From Camelus ferus (lineage: Eukaryota): a DNA stretch of 64,000 nucleotides. The position numbers and the translations under genes are program-made. Shown piece after piece: positions 1-25,800 of this stretch; the first letter of the stretch is position 1, and every line of letters starts with the position of its first letter. Where the stretch lies: contig NC_045697.1 of the NCBI RefSeq assembly GCF_009834535.1, positions 102,798,001-102,862,000 on the forward strand, written 5' to 3'. The notes under the pieces are model-generated. The model was not told where the DNA came from. It was given only the letters and a program-made list of their open reading frames with translations, and did not search any database.

Positions 1-120
1 AGACCATTTGGATGATAGACCAGCCCTTAGACACGCAGAGATAGAAAAGTAGATTATTCAAGAAACAGTGAAAGATCCATTTTTCAGTGTACCCTATATA
101 TAAATCAAGTTAAAGATGTA

Positions 121-575
121 TCGATGTCCCCCCCAACTTAACGATTTTTTTGACTTTGCAGTGTTGGAAGCAATACACATTTGGTAGAAACTATACTTCT
201 AATTTTGAATTTTGCCATCTTCCTGATCTAGCAATATGCAATATGATATTTAGTAATGCTGGGCAGCAGCAGGAAGCCACAGCTCTGAGTCAGCCATGTG
301 ATCATGAGGGTACACGTAACCATTCTGTTCTTCACTTTGATAATACTCAATACATTACATGAGATGATCAACACTTTATTGTCAAATAGGCTTTATGTTA
401 GTTGATTTTGCCCAACTGTAGGCTAATAAAAGTGCTCTGAGCATGTTTGAGGTAGACTGGACCAAGCTATGATGTTTGGTAGGTTAGACATACTAAATCC
501 ATTTATGGCATGTGATATTTCAAATTAGGATGGGTTTACCAAGATGCAACCTCATCATGAGTCGAGGAAGATCTG
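121..575 (-). mobile_element. Tigger-family non-autonomous DNA transposon (MER47/Tigger5-like)
   Basis: TA-flanked; right end reverse-complements to cagatcttcctcgactcatgatgagg, resembling the MER47 TIR as I recall it. Confidence 0.65.
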
Positions 576-1368
576 TAGTAGCTAAAGTTTTTGGTCAAGA
601 AGTTCTTGAAAGTCTAAGGATGTTATTCATTTCATTTGGAACTGAGAGCCACATCTGGGGACCTGAAGAAAATGAGATTTGTCAAAAGCCTATTGCAATA
701 TTGAAAGAAATACAATGACAACCTGAATTAGAATTTAGGAAGAGAAAGAAAAGAATGAATTAGACGCATTTGACAAGTTAAATACATCATTGCAAATTAA
801 GTGAGTCATTTTTTATGAAAGTGTTCATTCGATCATAAAAACATGGGTGGTGAGTTTTGTGTAGGACATATTTTCTAAGTAGTCTTTTTTGGTATTGCAT
901 CTTACCTATTCCTTGTCTCTCTAGCTAAATTGAAAGTTCCTGGTTTAAAGATTCTGTTGTATTTTCTGTTTCCCCTACTGCAGCCAGTATGGGATAGGAC
1001 AAACATAAGTTGAATAGCATAATAAACAGTTTAAACTAGGTCTGATTCAAATTTATTATAATTATTTCTGCTTTGTAAAGTTCGTTTTAAAACTTTTTAT
1101 TAGCAAAACATTTATTTCATATATCCATAAACTATTTCATGTTAACTTTTTTTAGTCTAGGAAAACAATTTCAAATATGAACATTGATAATGAGTCTTAT
1201 TTAAAGAAAATGTTTTATGACTTGCTCAATAATGGTCTTTAATTTTTTTAATATATCTGTTTTCCTGAAATTTACATTAATTTTTTTAAAAATATGCAAG
1301 AGTTGTAAGAATTATAATTAAATACAGTTTTAACTAAATTATGTATGTTATGTTACATTTTAAAATAA

Positions 1369-12744
<11,376 letters not shown>

Positions 12745-14375
12745 AGTGAATCTGAGAATACTGATAAGCCATTTATTAAAAGAAACATTGGGATTTTTGT
12801 CATATAAAACTGAAAATCAGGTTTTATACCCCACATGCCCTGGAGCTTGGAATTTAACTTGCTGTAATAACATCAAAAGCCAGTTGTGTTATAAACTGTA
12901 ATCGGAATACAGAAAATATCACTTTTCTGTTCTTGATAGGGCCCTTTTTGTGCATAACATTCAAAAATGAAGACATTTCAAGCTATACAGATTACCTCCA
13001 AGTTTTCATGATGTATGCGAAGATTTTCAATAAGTATATTATATATTCATGTACCGAATGCTGACCAGTGTTGCCCCCTTTTAAAAATCTTGAAACAAGT
13101 TTCTGTAATTCCATAGTTTGCCAAGTATTCTAGTATAATGAAACCACCCTTATTTTTAAGGCCGGTCGATGACTCTACTGATGAAATTTGATAAATAAAC
13201 ATCAGGATTGTATTGATTTGTTTTCAGCCTTTGCACTAAATTCTCAGTGTGCTTAGACTTTCAAGGGAAGATTATCTAGTACAAAACACCACTGCTGGAA
13301 AATGACTATTACAAACTTAAGCATTGTTTACAATGTTTTTGGTGCTTTTGAATATCTATCAAAAATCATTTCAACACACCCTTCTCCTAGCCCCCCGAAA
13401 ACCCTAATTTTACTCTGACTTATTCAGATTTAGCATTCCATAAGATTGTATATTCTGTAATTTTTCTCAAAGTAGTGCTATTCTTTAAACATACATTTAT
13501 ATAATCATTGATCAAGATTTAGGAAAAGGCATTTTAAAGAACATTTGTTTTCCTTAAAAGTACAGGATAGGCCCAGAATTTTTAGAGTTAGCATCTTCGT
13601 ATTTTTCCCTATGCATCTATATATTTTTAAAATTGCACACATTTCTGATGGGCAGACAGGGACTGTGAACCACTTCCCTAAGGGCAACATTAATGCAAAT
13701 AAGTGAGTCCCCAGTAGCAATACAAAGTATCCTTTGGTACCAAATATATTCATTTCTAAGTTTGGTTATAGAGGATATTATCTATATCTATTTGACTTTT
13801 TTTTGAGTTTTGAATAGTGTGTAGCAGGAGTTCTAAAATCTATCCAAATTTCTTGAGTTCCTGAGTTTGAACAGGGGGATACCTGTAGTGTGAAACCACT
13901 TTAATTATACTTCTGACTAATGTGCCGAACTGGAACTAACTTACACTAACTAGAAATTATTAAGCAGACTTTTAGAGCTCCTTAAAACGATAGAAGCTTT
14001 GATTAATTTGCAAACAGTGGATAGAAAGTAGGGTTTAACAGAGCCCCATTATACCTTTTAAAAAATTAATTTATGTAAGTAATCCATAAATACGTTTGTT
14101 GTGAAAATTCAAATATATAGAAATATATGGAATAAAGAGTTATGGTCTTCCTTCATTTTACCCTCCCAAAGGTTACCAGTATTTATGTTTAATAATATAT
14201 ATCCTCCCTTTTATGCTTTTTTCTGTGCACTTAACCTAAGTGTGAATGTGTAAAGGGTTTGTTTTGTACATAAATGGGATTGTACTAAGATAAGTAGTGC
14301 CTATTTTTAAGGATAGGTTAAATTTGTGAATGATTACTTCAAATACATTGAATAAAATAAGACAAAAGCTATTTT
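12745..14375 (+). other. ABCE1: ABCE1 3' UTR with candidate poly(A) signals
   Basis: AT-rich sequence after the stop; AATAAA at 13194-13199 and 14351-14356, each followed by T/GT-rich sequence; end approximate. Confidence 0.65.
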
Positions 14376-15559
14376 TATTTATCAATTCTGTATCATGTCC
14401 TTAAGAAAATCTTTGATATAAGAGCACAGTTCTTTCAACTTCTTGCTGATGGCAGAATATCCATCAATTGTAATGTTTTACATGTAAATGAAATTTTTTA
14501 AATAGGGATTTGGATGTTAAAATTTTATATAGCAAAAGAAAAGGACTTAAAATTATGAACACATGAGTTTTTTATAAAATCTATTACCAACTCAAATACA
14601 TCAGTGCAGATGTTAACTATTAAAGAGACAGACTGCTCAATATATCCTGATTAAAAAAAAATCTCTAAGCAAAAAAGCATGGTGCAACATAGTTTATTAT
14701 AACATACCACTGTTTATATGAAAATAAAATAATACAATGTACAAAAAATACTCAAGAAAATAATGCTTTTGAAAAGGATTACTTGTTGGTTAAGACAGGG
14801 AAGAAAGGAGACACATATATACACATACACCCATCACCTTTTGAATTTTGTATTTCGTACATATTATGTGTATTCAGCCTAGTATACAGCAGTCTTTACA
14901 AAAGCAGTGTTATCTCTGGAACTTAGGATAACCTAATTTTAGGCCATAGCATCTTGAGATCCAGTACCTTCTCTCTCTTGCTTCAATTCAATGTGTAGAC
15001 TGGTGTGTGGCATGCAGTTCACCTACTATATTGAAGGAATGAATGTACTTGCCACAGAGTGTGTTTCTGTAGGAAGACTGGATAACTAACTACTCAGTTG
15101 GGTCTTTAATTTCATTCATATTCACTAACATTTTAGATACGTGTACGTCAAGCCCTTAACCCAGTGTCTGGTGTATTACGAGCACCAAGTGTTTTCAAAA
15201 GTGAAATAGTCCTGGGTTGGAGGGTCAGAAAAGGCTTATGTGCAGGTAGCTCCCAGGGGAAAGGCACCATCATGATAAAAATGGTAAGACAACCCACGTA
15301 AACCAGAATACAGGTCATGTCAGAGGCAGAAACCAGCATGGGCGTTGAAGAGATTAGTGAGAGGGAAGCATGAATACTGGTAGGCGGTAGTGGATTTCCA
15401 GTGCCTTCAAGATTTAAGGTAGAGGTGTTTGTGTGCTCAAAGTAGGGACTGACAAAGCAAAGCCAGTTAGAGAAGCAGCTAGAATTATCAAAGTAACAGT
15501 TGTTCAGGACCTTATAGTTTTTACACTTGTATTTTTTTACTCACCAGCATGTCCTTCCT

Positions 15560-15950
15560 TGCCAGTTTGATAGGCAGGGTGCCCAGCTCCAGGTGCTGGA
15601 GCATAACTAGGCTAAAACCATCATGACAGTCCTCTTCCATGTTTTCCTAGTCTCTCACAGCGAGGCATGATGCTATGTTGACCCAATTCTAGCCAGCAAG
15701 CTAAAAGTAGAAGTCTTGGGGTTTCCAGAAGCTCTCTTGCTGTCCTAATAAAAGGAGATACATATCTGGTACCGCTTTTTGTGGCTATAAGGTGACAAGG
15801 GAAATGCCAAGAAAGCCACAAGGATGCCAGCCCTGACATCAAACATGGCACAACTGCCAGCAGCCACTTTCCCTCTAGATTTCTTAGGAAAGGAAAACAA
15901 ATCCCTATTTAAGTTGCTTTTAAGTCAAACGATTTCTCTTGAAGTAATCT
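15560..15950 (+). mobile_element. Old MaLR (MLT1-like) LTR fragment
   Basis: Resembles the MLT1 pattern (tgacccaattctagcca...aaatccctatttaagttgc); degraded. Confidence 0.4.
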
Positions 15951-16989
15951 TGGCCCCTTGGCTCTGGGGTTTGTCTCTCCAAAGGCTTTGCATTTACTTC
16001 TGCCAGGTGACCAAGTGTGTCACCAACTTGGAACCACTTTTCATCTTAGCTTGCAGATTCCTGGACCTCAAACCTAAACAAGTGTAAAAACATTCTCAGT
16101 CAGTGGGGTTTGTGTTTGTTTTTGTTTTTCCTTTTAAGAATCTAGAACCCAGGCCAGGAGAGGCTTGTCTACAGGAAATTTTTCCTATTATTATTAGGGC
16201 CCATTTTACTGAGGTGCTCCTGGCTTTAATGCAGATGTATTAGTTCCAGCTCCCAACCTTGCATGTGCCCAAGTCCATCTCTTGTATCTAAACCTTTTCA
16301 GCTGATGAGTCTGGCAGCCACGTTCTTCCATCCCCTCTCATGGAGCACAGCCTTAGTGTCACTTCACATCTGTGCCTCTGGTTTCTGGTCTCTAATTTTT
16401 GCCCCTCATTTGTGAACGTCTAAAATCATAAAGGACTAAGTTACACAGGAACAAGTTATTTCCCTAGAAAAGTACATAGCATTACTTTGTTTCTTACTCT
16501 ATCTTAAGGCCATTTAGTCCAAAGCCAAGGTTTTCATTTTAGAAACAAGCTTACCACAGAGAATTTGATTTTCTTGCCTAGATGTGAAAAATAAAATGTA
16601 ATCACAGCAATGGTGTTTTTAGAAAGGATTGACTTTCAAGTCCAGTTTCTCTAATGAACTCAAAGGATCAATCTAACAAACTCCTGCTGTTCATACCAAT
16701 ATCTGAAGCTTCAGTGTCCTGAGGAGGGCAGGATTCACACTTTCTGATGAGCGTATAAATTGTTAAGGTCTGTGAATGCAGGTTGTGTTTACTCCCTCTT
16801 TTGTAATTAATTTGCATTCTCATACCATTCCATAGACATGGACTTCAGAGTCCAAGTAACGCAAGTATACTCAAAGTAGAACGGAAGCCCTTCGAAATAC
16901 AGAAAAGTTAGAGAAACCCTGAATAGGCCACTTTCTGTGGACTACTGGTCACTCGGTCTCACCCTTTTATCCTGTCAGTTCTGCCAGGG

Positions 16990-17310
16990 CTTCAACCAGC
17001 TCCGGAACACAATCCCTTTTGCTTCCCCCCCCAACTCCAGGGGAGAGGTGCCGGCACTCATAGCTGATAGATAAATGCTTCCCCCCAACCCCTGCCCTTC
17101 CTTTCTCCCTCAGACCCCTCCTCCACCCCCACCAATGTTCTGTGAGCCTTCACTCCCCTCCTCGGGCAGCCCCAAACAAATGGCCCGCATGACTTGATAT
17201 CCTCCTTCCAGCTTTCTGCCCCTGTACCTTGGGCACCTCTCCATCAAACCCTGTACTGAATGAAGCCTTTGTTTCAGGCTCTGCTTCCTGAGGAAGCCAT
17301 ATGCAGACAA
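16990..17310 (+). mobile_element. ERVL LTR16/LTR33-like fragment
   Basis: Ends tttcaggctctgcttcctgaggaagccatatgcagaca, resembling the LTR16-type 3' end. Confidence 0.4.
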
Positions 17311-17824
17311 AGTCCATACATAAAGTAAGAAGGTTAAGAAGTATTGATTAGTAATATTCTTAAGTGATGATTTAATGAAGAAATACAACCTTAAGAAACT
17401 TGGGTTTTCAAAGTAGTTAAGTATACTTGCTACCTGTTTTCAAATAAAACTTTCAATGATTTGCTTGATCTAACAAATAAAAAGGCCATTTAGTCTATAA
17501 ATTATTCTATACATTCCCATTTCACTTAATGAGACTGCTAAGAAAAATGACAGAACTAGCACTAAAAAGAATCAGAGCAGGTTCAAGTCCAAATTCTACC
17601 ACTTACTGGTTGCATGGCCCCAGTTTTATTATATAGAGAGTAGGGAAAAGAACAGTGCCTACCTCAGATTATAAATCCCGTGTGGCATTTACTTGCACAC
17701 TAGATAATTTTCTGATTGGGATAAAAACTATGGAAACCAACTCTTAGTTTTAGAAGTTTACTTAAATTCCTCTTAAGATTTATACACTATATTACTTGGT
17801 TAAAACACTAGAACCAAAGAACCA

Positions 17825-20800
17825 CAAGCAGAATCAAGAGACAGAATTTAATATATGCACACAGTTTTATACGTAATGCAGCATCACACCGTGTAGGGCA
17901 TTTACTCTTATTTTATACATTCAGGTATGTTCGAAACACTTCTTAAGGCTACAAAACAGAACATAGAAAAATAAACAGGAATATATTCAACACTTACAAA
18001 AAGTGATATGATAAAGAATATAAAGTACTATTTTCCTTTCAACACTTCAAAAGATGTATATATACTTTTTTTTAACAAGTAACATCACAAATGATCACAT
18101 CTTCACATGCTTTTAAGTATTATTTGTACTCAGTGTAAGGCTATTATCATTTTTCATACATAAATTTTTCTCTAGCTCTGTAACAATGCAATTTTTAATC
18201 CATTCAAGTAAATTCAACCCCAAAGTTGCTGTTTCCCAGCATTAAGACATGCACCCACCCCTCTTCTAGGATTTTCTAAAACTTCTATTTCAGCGGGGAA
18301 AAAATAAGTGGGAAATCCCAATTAGTGGGAGAGTAAGTGGCTGATACTAGTAGCAAAACCTTAGTTCTCTGAAACTGACATACTGGTACTGAGCCATTAT
18401 TAAGAGTTTAAACAAAAACACAATAGCATTTAGACATTGAACAGGAAGCAAAATACAGTAAACAGAAATAGTGTAGCCAAATATGCATTCTCTTCAGCTA
18501 CACCAAAATGGACCTTGCTTAGTACCCATAAGTGAAAGACTAAGGTTACCTCATCTAAAACTGTAGAATAAATGAGGCGTAAATAAATATTGCTAGTTTC
18601 TAGGATGGCTGAATGTTTTCTAAACCAGAAATGGCTAGAAAGGAACTTTATTGCACCAAGTCAATCATAAGCAAGTCTGCAGTTCACAGGCATTATTCCA
18701 CCTTGAGTCACATAGGAAACACACTGCAAGAATATACAGAGTTTGCATCAAATACGTTGTGTCACCAGGGAAAACCTACTCCTGCCAGCAAGGCAGGGTC
18801 TGAGCTTAGGTCAGCCATGAAAATGAACATACGGAACAGGAGGAGGACTACACAGTTGCTAGCATCCTGCTGCCAACAGGTACACGGAGCAAGAACTGAA
18901 GGTACGAGAGGAAATAAACTCCAAGAGAAATACACATAATACTAAAAAGGAAAGGGACTGGAATCAAGTTTTAGCAAAAGCAACCAAACCCAAACAAAAC
19001 AAAAACAGGTGAGCTTTGGTCATTCTAAACATTTGTTCTTCAAAATGTGTATGATCCTAAGTAAGTTCCATAATTTCCAACTCAAAATACAAGTGATTCC
19101 CACTTCTTAACTTTTGCTTTTCTCTGAAACATTTTAGCTCATGTCAGTATACCATATGACTCAGTTAAAATGAAGACGGACAAAAGCTTGCTCGGCCCTA
19201 CTTTGACCTCAGCCTAAGGCAAAAAACCCCTGGACTTACATACTTAAAACAAACCTAAAGGAAAAGAACAAAACTGACCTTCATACAAAGACTGATCATT
19301 TTATAACTAATTATCAAAAGTCAGAGTTCTTTTATTCCAGTGGTCACTGAGAAAAGTACCAACTGCTGAAGTTCTCTTTCTGCACTGTTTCCATCACGTC
19401 CCGGAGGTGAGCACGGGAAACAGGAAGCACGTATGTGCTTCCTTCAGGAACTGTATAGAGTATTCTGCTACTCAGCTGAGGTAAGACAGAGTGACAGTGA
19501 GGAAATAAACAGTATTCTTTCCTGCCCAAGTTTTAAACATTTCCAGAAGAAACTGAGAAGATCAAATCCCAGTCAATAAAACAAAGGACACTGGAAACAG
19601 TGACTTCTTTTGGACTCCTGAGATCAAACTTACACTGAACTTTTAAATCTGGTCATTCTATCTAAGTGTAATTTTCATAAAAGCATCAAGTTAATCGACT
19701 CTACATAGAAAAGTATGAGCTGAAAGTGGAGGACCCCCTAATCTCTTTCCGTAACAACTGCTGATGTTAACTAAGAAAAAATTTGCTTCAGAAGTACCTT
19801 CCCCCGTTGTTTGAGCTGAAGAGGTGACAACAGAAATGCCTTTCAACGGGTTCTCTCCAGAATTTTTCTTTTTTCCACACAACCACCCAGTCCTCACAAA
19901 TTTTTACCTAGCACCATCATAATAAAATGTTATCTTTCAAAGTGCTCTCTAAAATCCTATGTTACAAAACATCTAAACACTAATCACTACTCAAATCAGC
20001 AGTTACACAGACGTTAGGTAATTAAAACAACACAGAGGTAAATAACCATTATTACAGTACAGTGGAGATTGACTGAGCCTAGCTGGCATCCAAACATTCC
20101 TGCAGGTTATCAGAGAACCCAGAAAACTCATCTGCTTCGGTTTGTCAAATTCAAGTGAATTGTATCTGCTTTTAAAGTAATTTGCTTTAAATTAAAAAAA
20201 CGAAAGTCTACTTTTGGCTAGGTAACATATTACACATGGCATGCAAAGAGAAATTACAACATTATTTGCATAGCACTCAAACTTCCTGATCAAAAGAGAA
20301 CATAAAAAAGGGTAGATTTTCACATTGGTATGTACAAATAAGAAATACAAGCTACAGTTATTTTTACATAGTAACACAGATGAACAAATACTGTGTTAAT
20401 TCAGAGAATCAAGTCTCCAAATGGGAACAGAGTGCAACATGCAAAGGGGACGTCTAGTGAATACTGCAGAGACTGAAGGAAGCGGGACAGAGACATCACT
20501 GGAGGGGCAACAAGCTCTCAAATGCAAAGCAAATCCACTGTCTAGCAGCATCCTCTAGAAAAGAACTCAAAAGTCACAAGCATCCTTTTCTGTACAATAG
20601 TTCCAGCCGTGACAGACTGAACATGCAAATGTAAAGTGGTACACACAACTGATGGCGCAAAGAGAAAAACAAAACACAGTAACTCTATAGAAACCTGTCA
20701 AGCTAAAAATTTTTTAACAATTCTTCTCACAAAATATTTAAATCTGTCAGTGCATTAGTGTTAAAGTGGCATTAAAAAAACTTCTGCAGTTTTAACAGAT

Positions 20801-21631
20801 GCAGATTATTTTCAAAATGCATAGCATCTACATTTCTTTCGAGTAGGCACCATGATATTTACACCAGTGCTAAGAATTCTTGGTGGGAACAGCCATTTCA
20901 TTAGATTTCCTGTTACTTCTTAAACATCTATTCTTGTATGCAATCTCAAGTTCAACACTCACTCACCAAAATTCAAAAATATACCCTATGAATATTAAAA
21001 GAACTATATACAACATTTCTAAGACACAGGTTAATAGGCTGCCTTATGTGTAATATTAAAGAGAAGACATTATTCAAGTTTGACAGATATTGAGATGAAA
21101 GGCCTTTGGGTTGGAAGCATTTCAAAAGACAACAGTGTTTTAGGCTAAGAATTGTTTGAGCCCAGTTTATGACTAAGGCATTGCATAATAAAATATACAT
21201 TTCTATTTGGTGCAATATTATGTTTTGGAATCTATAGTGTGTCAAATGGTATATTTTATCACTTTAGTAAACACTATAAAGCACACATTTCCAACATTTG
21301 AAATTAAACTTATGTAAGGAAAAAACCAAACACTAAATCTATTTTATATTAAGCTGTTTATAAAAAATACTTTAACAAACTTATTTTCTACTTTTTATGG
21401 GGGCAGTCACCCGATAAATAGATTGTGAACGAAGAAAAATGGCAACGCCAGGAATTTACCTGCCCCTTTGAACACATATCCAAAATCTCTTGTCCAGAAT
21501 GAGAGTGAGGCTAAAGGGGGAGGGGAGGAGTGTGTTCCAATTTGGGTTTTTATTTTAATGTAATTTTTAAAGCCTTCAGAAACATTCCACCTAAGAAAGG
21601 GTTTCTGCTCCAGAACACCACAGCAACACCA
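17825..21631 (-). other. OTUD4: OTUD4 long 3' UTR
   Basis: Repeat-poor AU-rich stretch after the stop; ATTAAA on the - strand at 17847-17852 followed by GT/T-rich sequence; end approximate. Confidence 0.65.
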
Positions 21632-22843
21632 TCAAGTGTGCTGTCCACGATGGCCGTCTCCCATTCCTGATCTCCTCCTGTCCCCCCGGTACGGCCGACC
21701 CCGGACGTTCCGATGGTACTGATAACCCTCATCACGGCTCCTGCTCGGCTGCCCCTTCCAGGACTCCTCGCTCCTGGCATGCTGATACCCGCCCCGGCCA
21801 GCATAGCCCCAGTCGCTTTTGTACTTCCTGCCTCCGTAAGTCTGGTTGTAGAACTGCTTGGATCTCCCACTTCTCAGAATATTTGACACTTCGCTCTCAT
21901 CCTCCGAACTCTCTTCTTTTGGTCTCTGCACTCTGTTATCCACAGAGTTGGCCCCACTGACCACATCAGCAGCAGTCTTAGGATCTTTCGCTTTTTCTGG
22001 TTTTTCCTTCAGACTTGGAATGGTCCTTTTAGGCTCAAGTTCAACAGGCACAGTTTCCCTCTCTCTGTTTAAAATCTGAGTGGGAGGATGAGCCTTCCCC
22101 TCTGCTCCAGGAGGGATGGAAGCCGACGCCAGGGCTGCCTTGGGCGTCTGGGGCGACTGCCCCGCCCGGCCTTCATGCTCGCTCCCACCTGCGTCAGGGA
22201 GACAGTGCGTGTCTTCACCTCTGGCCTCCAGAAATTCATCCACTGTGGAAACTGAAGCACATTCTTTCGACAGATCCAGATTTTCCAGGGGCACGTCTAA
22301 CTCTCCTTTCTCATCAGAGGGCAGAACAACATTCTGCCGCATTACTGGATTTTCTATGAATCCCTGAAAAGGGTACCCATACCAAACGGGAGGAAAGAAA
22401 GGAGGGGCGATGGGAACTGGGCCTAAGAACGGATTCGGTCCAAAGGATGGCTGTGGGAACAGATTCTTGCCGCTTAGTGACTCTTCATATTCAGCATGAA
22501 GAAGCTGCCCAGAGTTGTCAGATTCAAGGTCTGCCTGATAAGACAACTGTCCATGACTTTCAGACACCTGAGATGGGGGGATAACCAGAGGTGAAGAAAA
22601 TGGCGGCGGTCCGATCTCTGCCTGTGGCATCTGACCATTGACGCTGGCCTCGGTCTGCATGGGAAAGTGGGCATCCGGACAGGTACAATCACTTTCATTC
22701 TGAGCAGAAGGAGCTTCTTGGAACCAAGGATTTTGAGGATACGTAGGGACAGGGACCTTTGGGTACATCCTGCAGGCTGCCAGGTAGGCCTGGTGCAGAG
22801 GGTACAGGTAAGAATGTGGGGCCCACATAGGACAACTATATGC
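21632..22843 (-). CDS. OTUD4: OTUD4 last coding exon ([10 protein letters not shown]...GQHT*)
   Basis: ttttag| acceptor, 1212 nt open frame to TGA; matches the 398-aa ORF in the track. Confidence 0.96.
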   Translation of the reverse strand, partial: AYSCPMWAPHSYLYPLHQAYLAACRMYPKVPVPTYPQNPWFQEAPSAQNESDCTCPDAHFPMQTEASVNGQMPQAEIGPPPFSSPLVIPPSQVSESHGQLSYQADLESDNSGQLLHAEYEESLSGKNLFPQPSFGPNPFLGPVPIAPPFFPPVWYGYPFQGFIENPVMRQNVVLPSDEKGELDVPLENLDLSKECASVSTVDEFLEARGEDTHCLPDAGGSEHEGRAGQSPQTPKAALASASIPPGAEGKAHPPTQILNRERETVPVELEPKRTIPSLKEKPEKAKDPKTAADVVSGANSVDNRVQRPKEESSEDESEVSNILRSGRSKQFYNQTYGGRKYKSDWGYAGRGGYQHARSEESWKGQPSRSRDEGYQYHRNVRGRPYRGDRRRSGMGDGHRGQHT

Positions 22844-25800
22844 CTAAAAGAGACAAAAGACAAAACAAAACAAAACAGTAAGATAAACTAAAAAGGGGCA
22901 TGGGGGCAGAAAAGGAGCTTAGAGTGGGCTCGAGGTAAATTTTTCATGCCTGAAAAGACCATGTAAACTGCAGTACAAATACCAGACCATTGTGATACGC
23001 AACACAAAAAGGAATTTACAAGATTAAGTCACTGCTCAAGACTTCATTCCTTGTTCCTATCCTGAAACCAACCCAACGTCCTGACACAGAGGTCTGATAA
23101 AAGATAAAATAATGAACCCACAAATTAATCACGATCATGAATTCCATCCTTTAGATACAATCGCACAGAAATAATCTAGGGTGATGCAGACCGCAAGAAC
23201 CACCACCATCAAGCAAGCACTTGAGCCTCCAACTTCTGTATCTCCATCACGGGCTGTTTGCCTTGACCTGCGTTTGTGTTCTGGCTCTGCCACTAACTCA
23301 TCGTGTGACCCCATGCCAACTTGTTACCTAGCCTGGATCTACCAGAAAACCGCTGGTATGGGAGTGGATGATCCCCAACAGCAGGACTCCACAGTCCTAG
23401 GAGCCCCTGAAACACTCCAACTGCAAGGATCAAAGTTAGACCTCTGGTCACAGAAAGGTAAATACTGAAAATGAAATACTCCAAATCTTTCCCTTGCAAA
23501 AGGTTCAGCTAAACACCAAAACACAAAGACAAATTTACCAGTTAACTGACTAACCAACCAACTAGCTACACCCAGCGTTAACTAGATAAATATAAAACCA
23601 TGCAATGAATGCAATAGATGGGGAATTAATCAAGTCTCCTTTTATGAATTAGTCAGTAGGCTACACTAGGGCACTTAATTTCAAATTTCAACGGCCTAGA
23701 ATCCACAGAAATGAATCCAGGACAGGAGACGACACCACACTGACAAGAACGGAGCTCTCCAGTCTCCGTCTAAGAGACGCCACCTCCAGGCTGACCACCT
23801 GCCACAGGGACCTCTCTGCCAGTGAGTACCGCCTTCCACAGGAGCACCTTCACCTGTGACCTCCTTTCAACAACTGAGGCATCATCTCGTAAATGAAACA
23901 AGCCAGGCTCAGAGACACAGAATGATCTGCCCAGGGCCGCACAGCTAAACCGGGCAGGAGCAGAACTCCAAACCCAGACCTCTCACTTAATTCCTTGCAG
24001 AGACGCTTCCACTAGGCTGTTTCCAGAACACAGTCACAGGGCTAAACCACTGCCAATTAAAGGGAAAAGCAAGCAAATACTGGAGCCTCAACAACCACCA
24101 AAACAACAATAACAACAACAAAAACTCCACAATGCTGAAAATGCTAGTTCTTAAAATAATGAGATTTAGTAAGCCTTAGGTTATTGGCCAACAGTAAGAA
24201 TTAAGAGCATATTTAAATTGTAATAATTTTAAACAGTGTTAACTTAAAAATAACTTAAAAATGATAGAATGTAAATACCTTTACACCGAGATTGAAGAAG
24301 AATCGAAGAATGTTCTTATCTGAAAATAAGTAACATAGTAATCACTCACTAAAATTATACATTCAAAAACCTTTTTTTCATTATTCTCAAATGACATATA
24401 CAGTTCTAAAGTTAATTTTGCCTACTTGAATTGCTTTCTCTAGCCTGTAATATAAAACATAGATTAAAAACTGTAATCTAACCAAAACCAGGCTCCAATA
24501 CTGTAGGGTAATACCAGGTTCAATATGCTTTATCTATGCTGACATTCAAGTTCCCAAAATGGCTTCAAATGAGATTTTGATATGATTAAATCTATGTAAA
24601 GAAAACTCAGGTGTTCACTGTACTTCTTTGTCAGCTTCTTTGTGGAGTTTAAAACATTATGAAATAAAAATGTTGGGGGATAAGGGTGAAAATCAGCATA
24701 AACCTAACTCATGAATGAGATGAGCCCAGATACTCACTTGACATTAGCCAGTTACCCCCAGATTCAAGCATCAAACCACTGACTAATAAAACAAAATTAT
24801 CCACAAAAATCCAGGTAAAGAGCACACGAGCCCCTGCATTACCCTTTCAGTTGTTCTACAGATAGGAAATCTTGCAAACTAAAATTTTAAAAAATGTTTA
24901 AAGAATCCTTAAAAAATACATTATTGCATGTACTACCATAACAGCTATTACGTATTATATTCATTCTCTTCTGTAATTTTTTCATAAAGTATAACATAAT
25001 GAATATGAGCAGTTCCAAAAACCAAACACTGATGTAAAAACTCAGTAATGTTTAGTTATTAAGATTTAATTCAAAATGGTTTCAAGCTGTTTTTGAAAAA
25101 AATGACACCAGGGCCAGAGGTAGTTACTAAACATACAAAATACTCCAATCAAACAGGAGCTGGAACTGGAGAGAGTGAATGACCAGCCAGACCTCTGCTG
25201 TCCTCCCCAAGCAGTCCTTCGGCTTACTCAGCAGCATGACCTCTGACCTCTGCTTACATTTCTCACCGCACCTGTTTCAGTACTTGATGATAAAGCAACC
25301 TGCACCTGGAGAAGGGCCTCACCTTTAGGCAGGTCCTCCCCAGTGTGACACAGTGAGTAAGGTGGTGCAATGGCTCGATCTCCCTTTTCATTACAAGGAA
25401 ACCCAGGATAGAGTGGGTCTTGGTAAAGGCTCAGCGTCTGAGGCAAAGGCATCAAGGGCTGGTTCACGGCTTGTATTGACACAGGAACTGGAGAGGGTGT
25501 TAAGTGAGCTTGGGACACAGCAGAATCAGGTCCAGTGGTCAGAGTCTGTGTCACTGACAAAACGGGAATTGGAGCAGGGACACCTACAGAAGAGAGGGAG
25601 AGGAATCAGAAGACTATAAACAGGCAAAAATAATTCTGCTCTACAAATGTAACTTCACATTAAGCTAAAAAATAAAGAATGGTATACAATTATAGAGCTG
25701 GTAACAAGGTGTGGACCCAAGCGATCTAAAGAAGTACCTCTTACATCAACCAAGGAGTCTCCTGGAAACACAGGAGGAAATGAGCTCAGAAAACGAGCTT

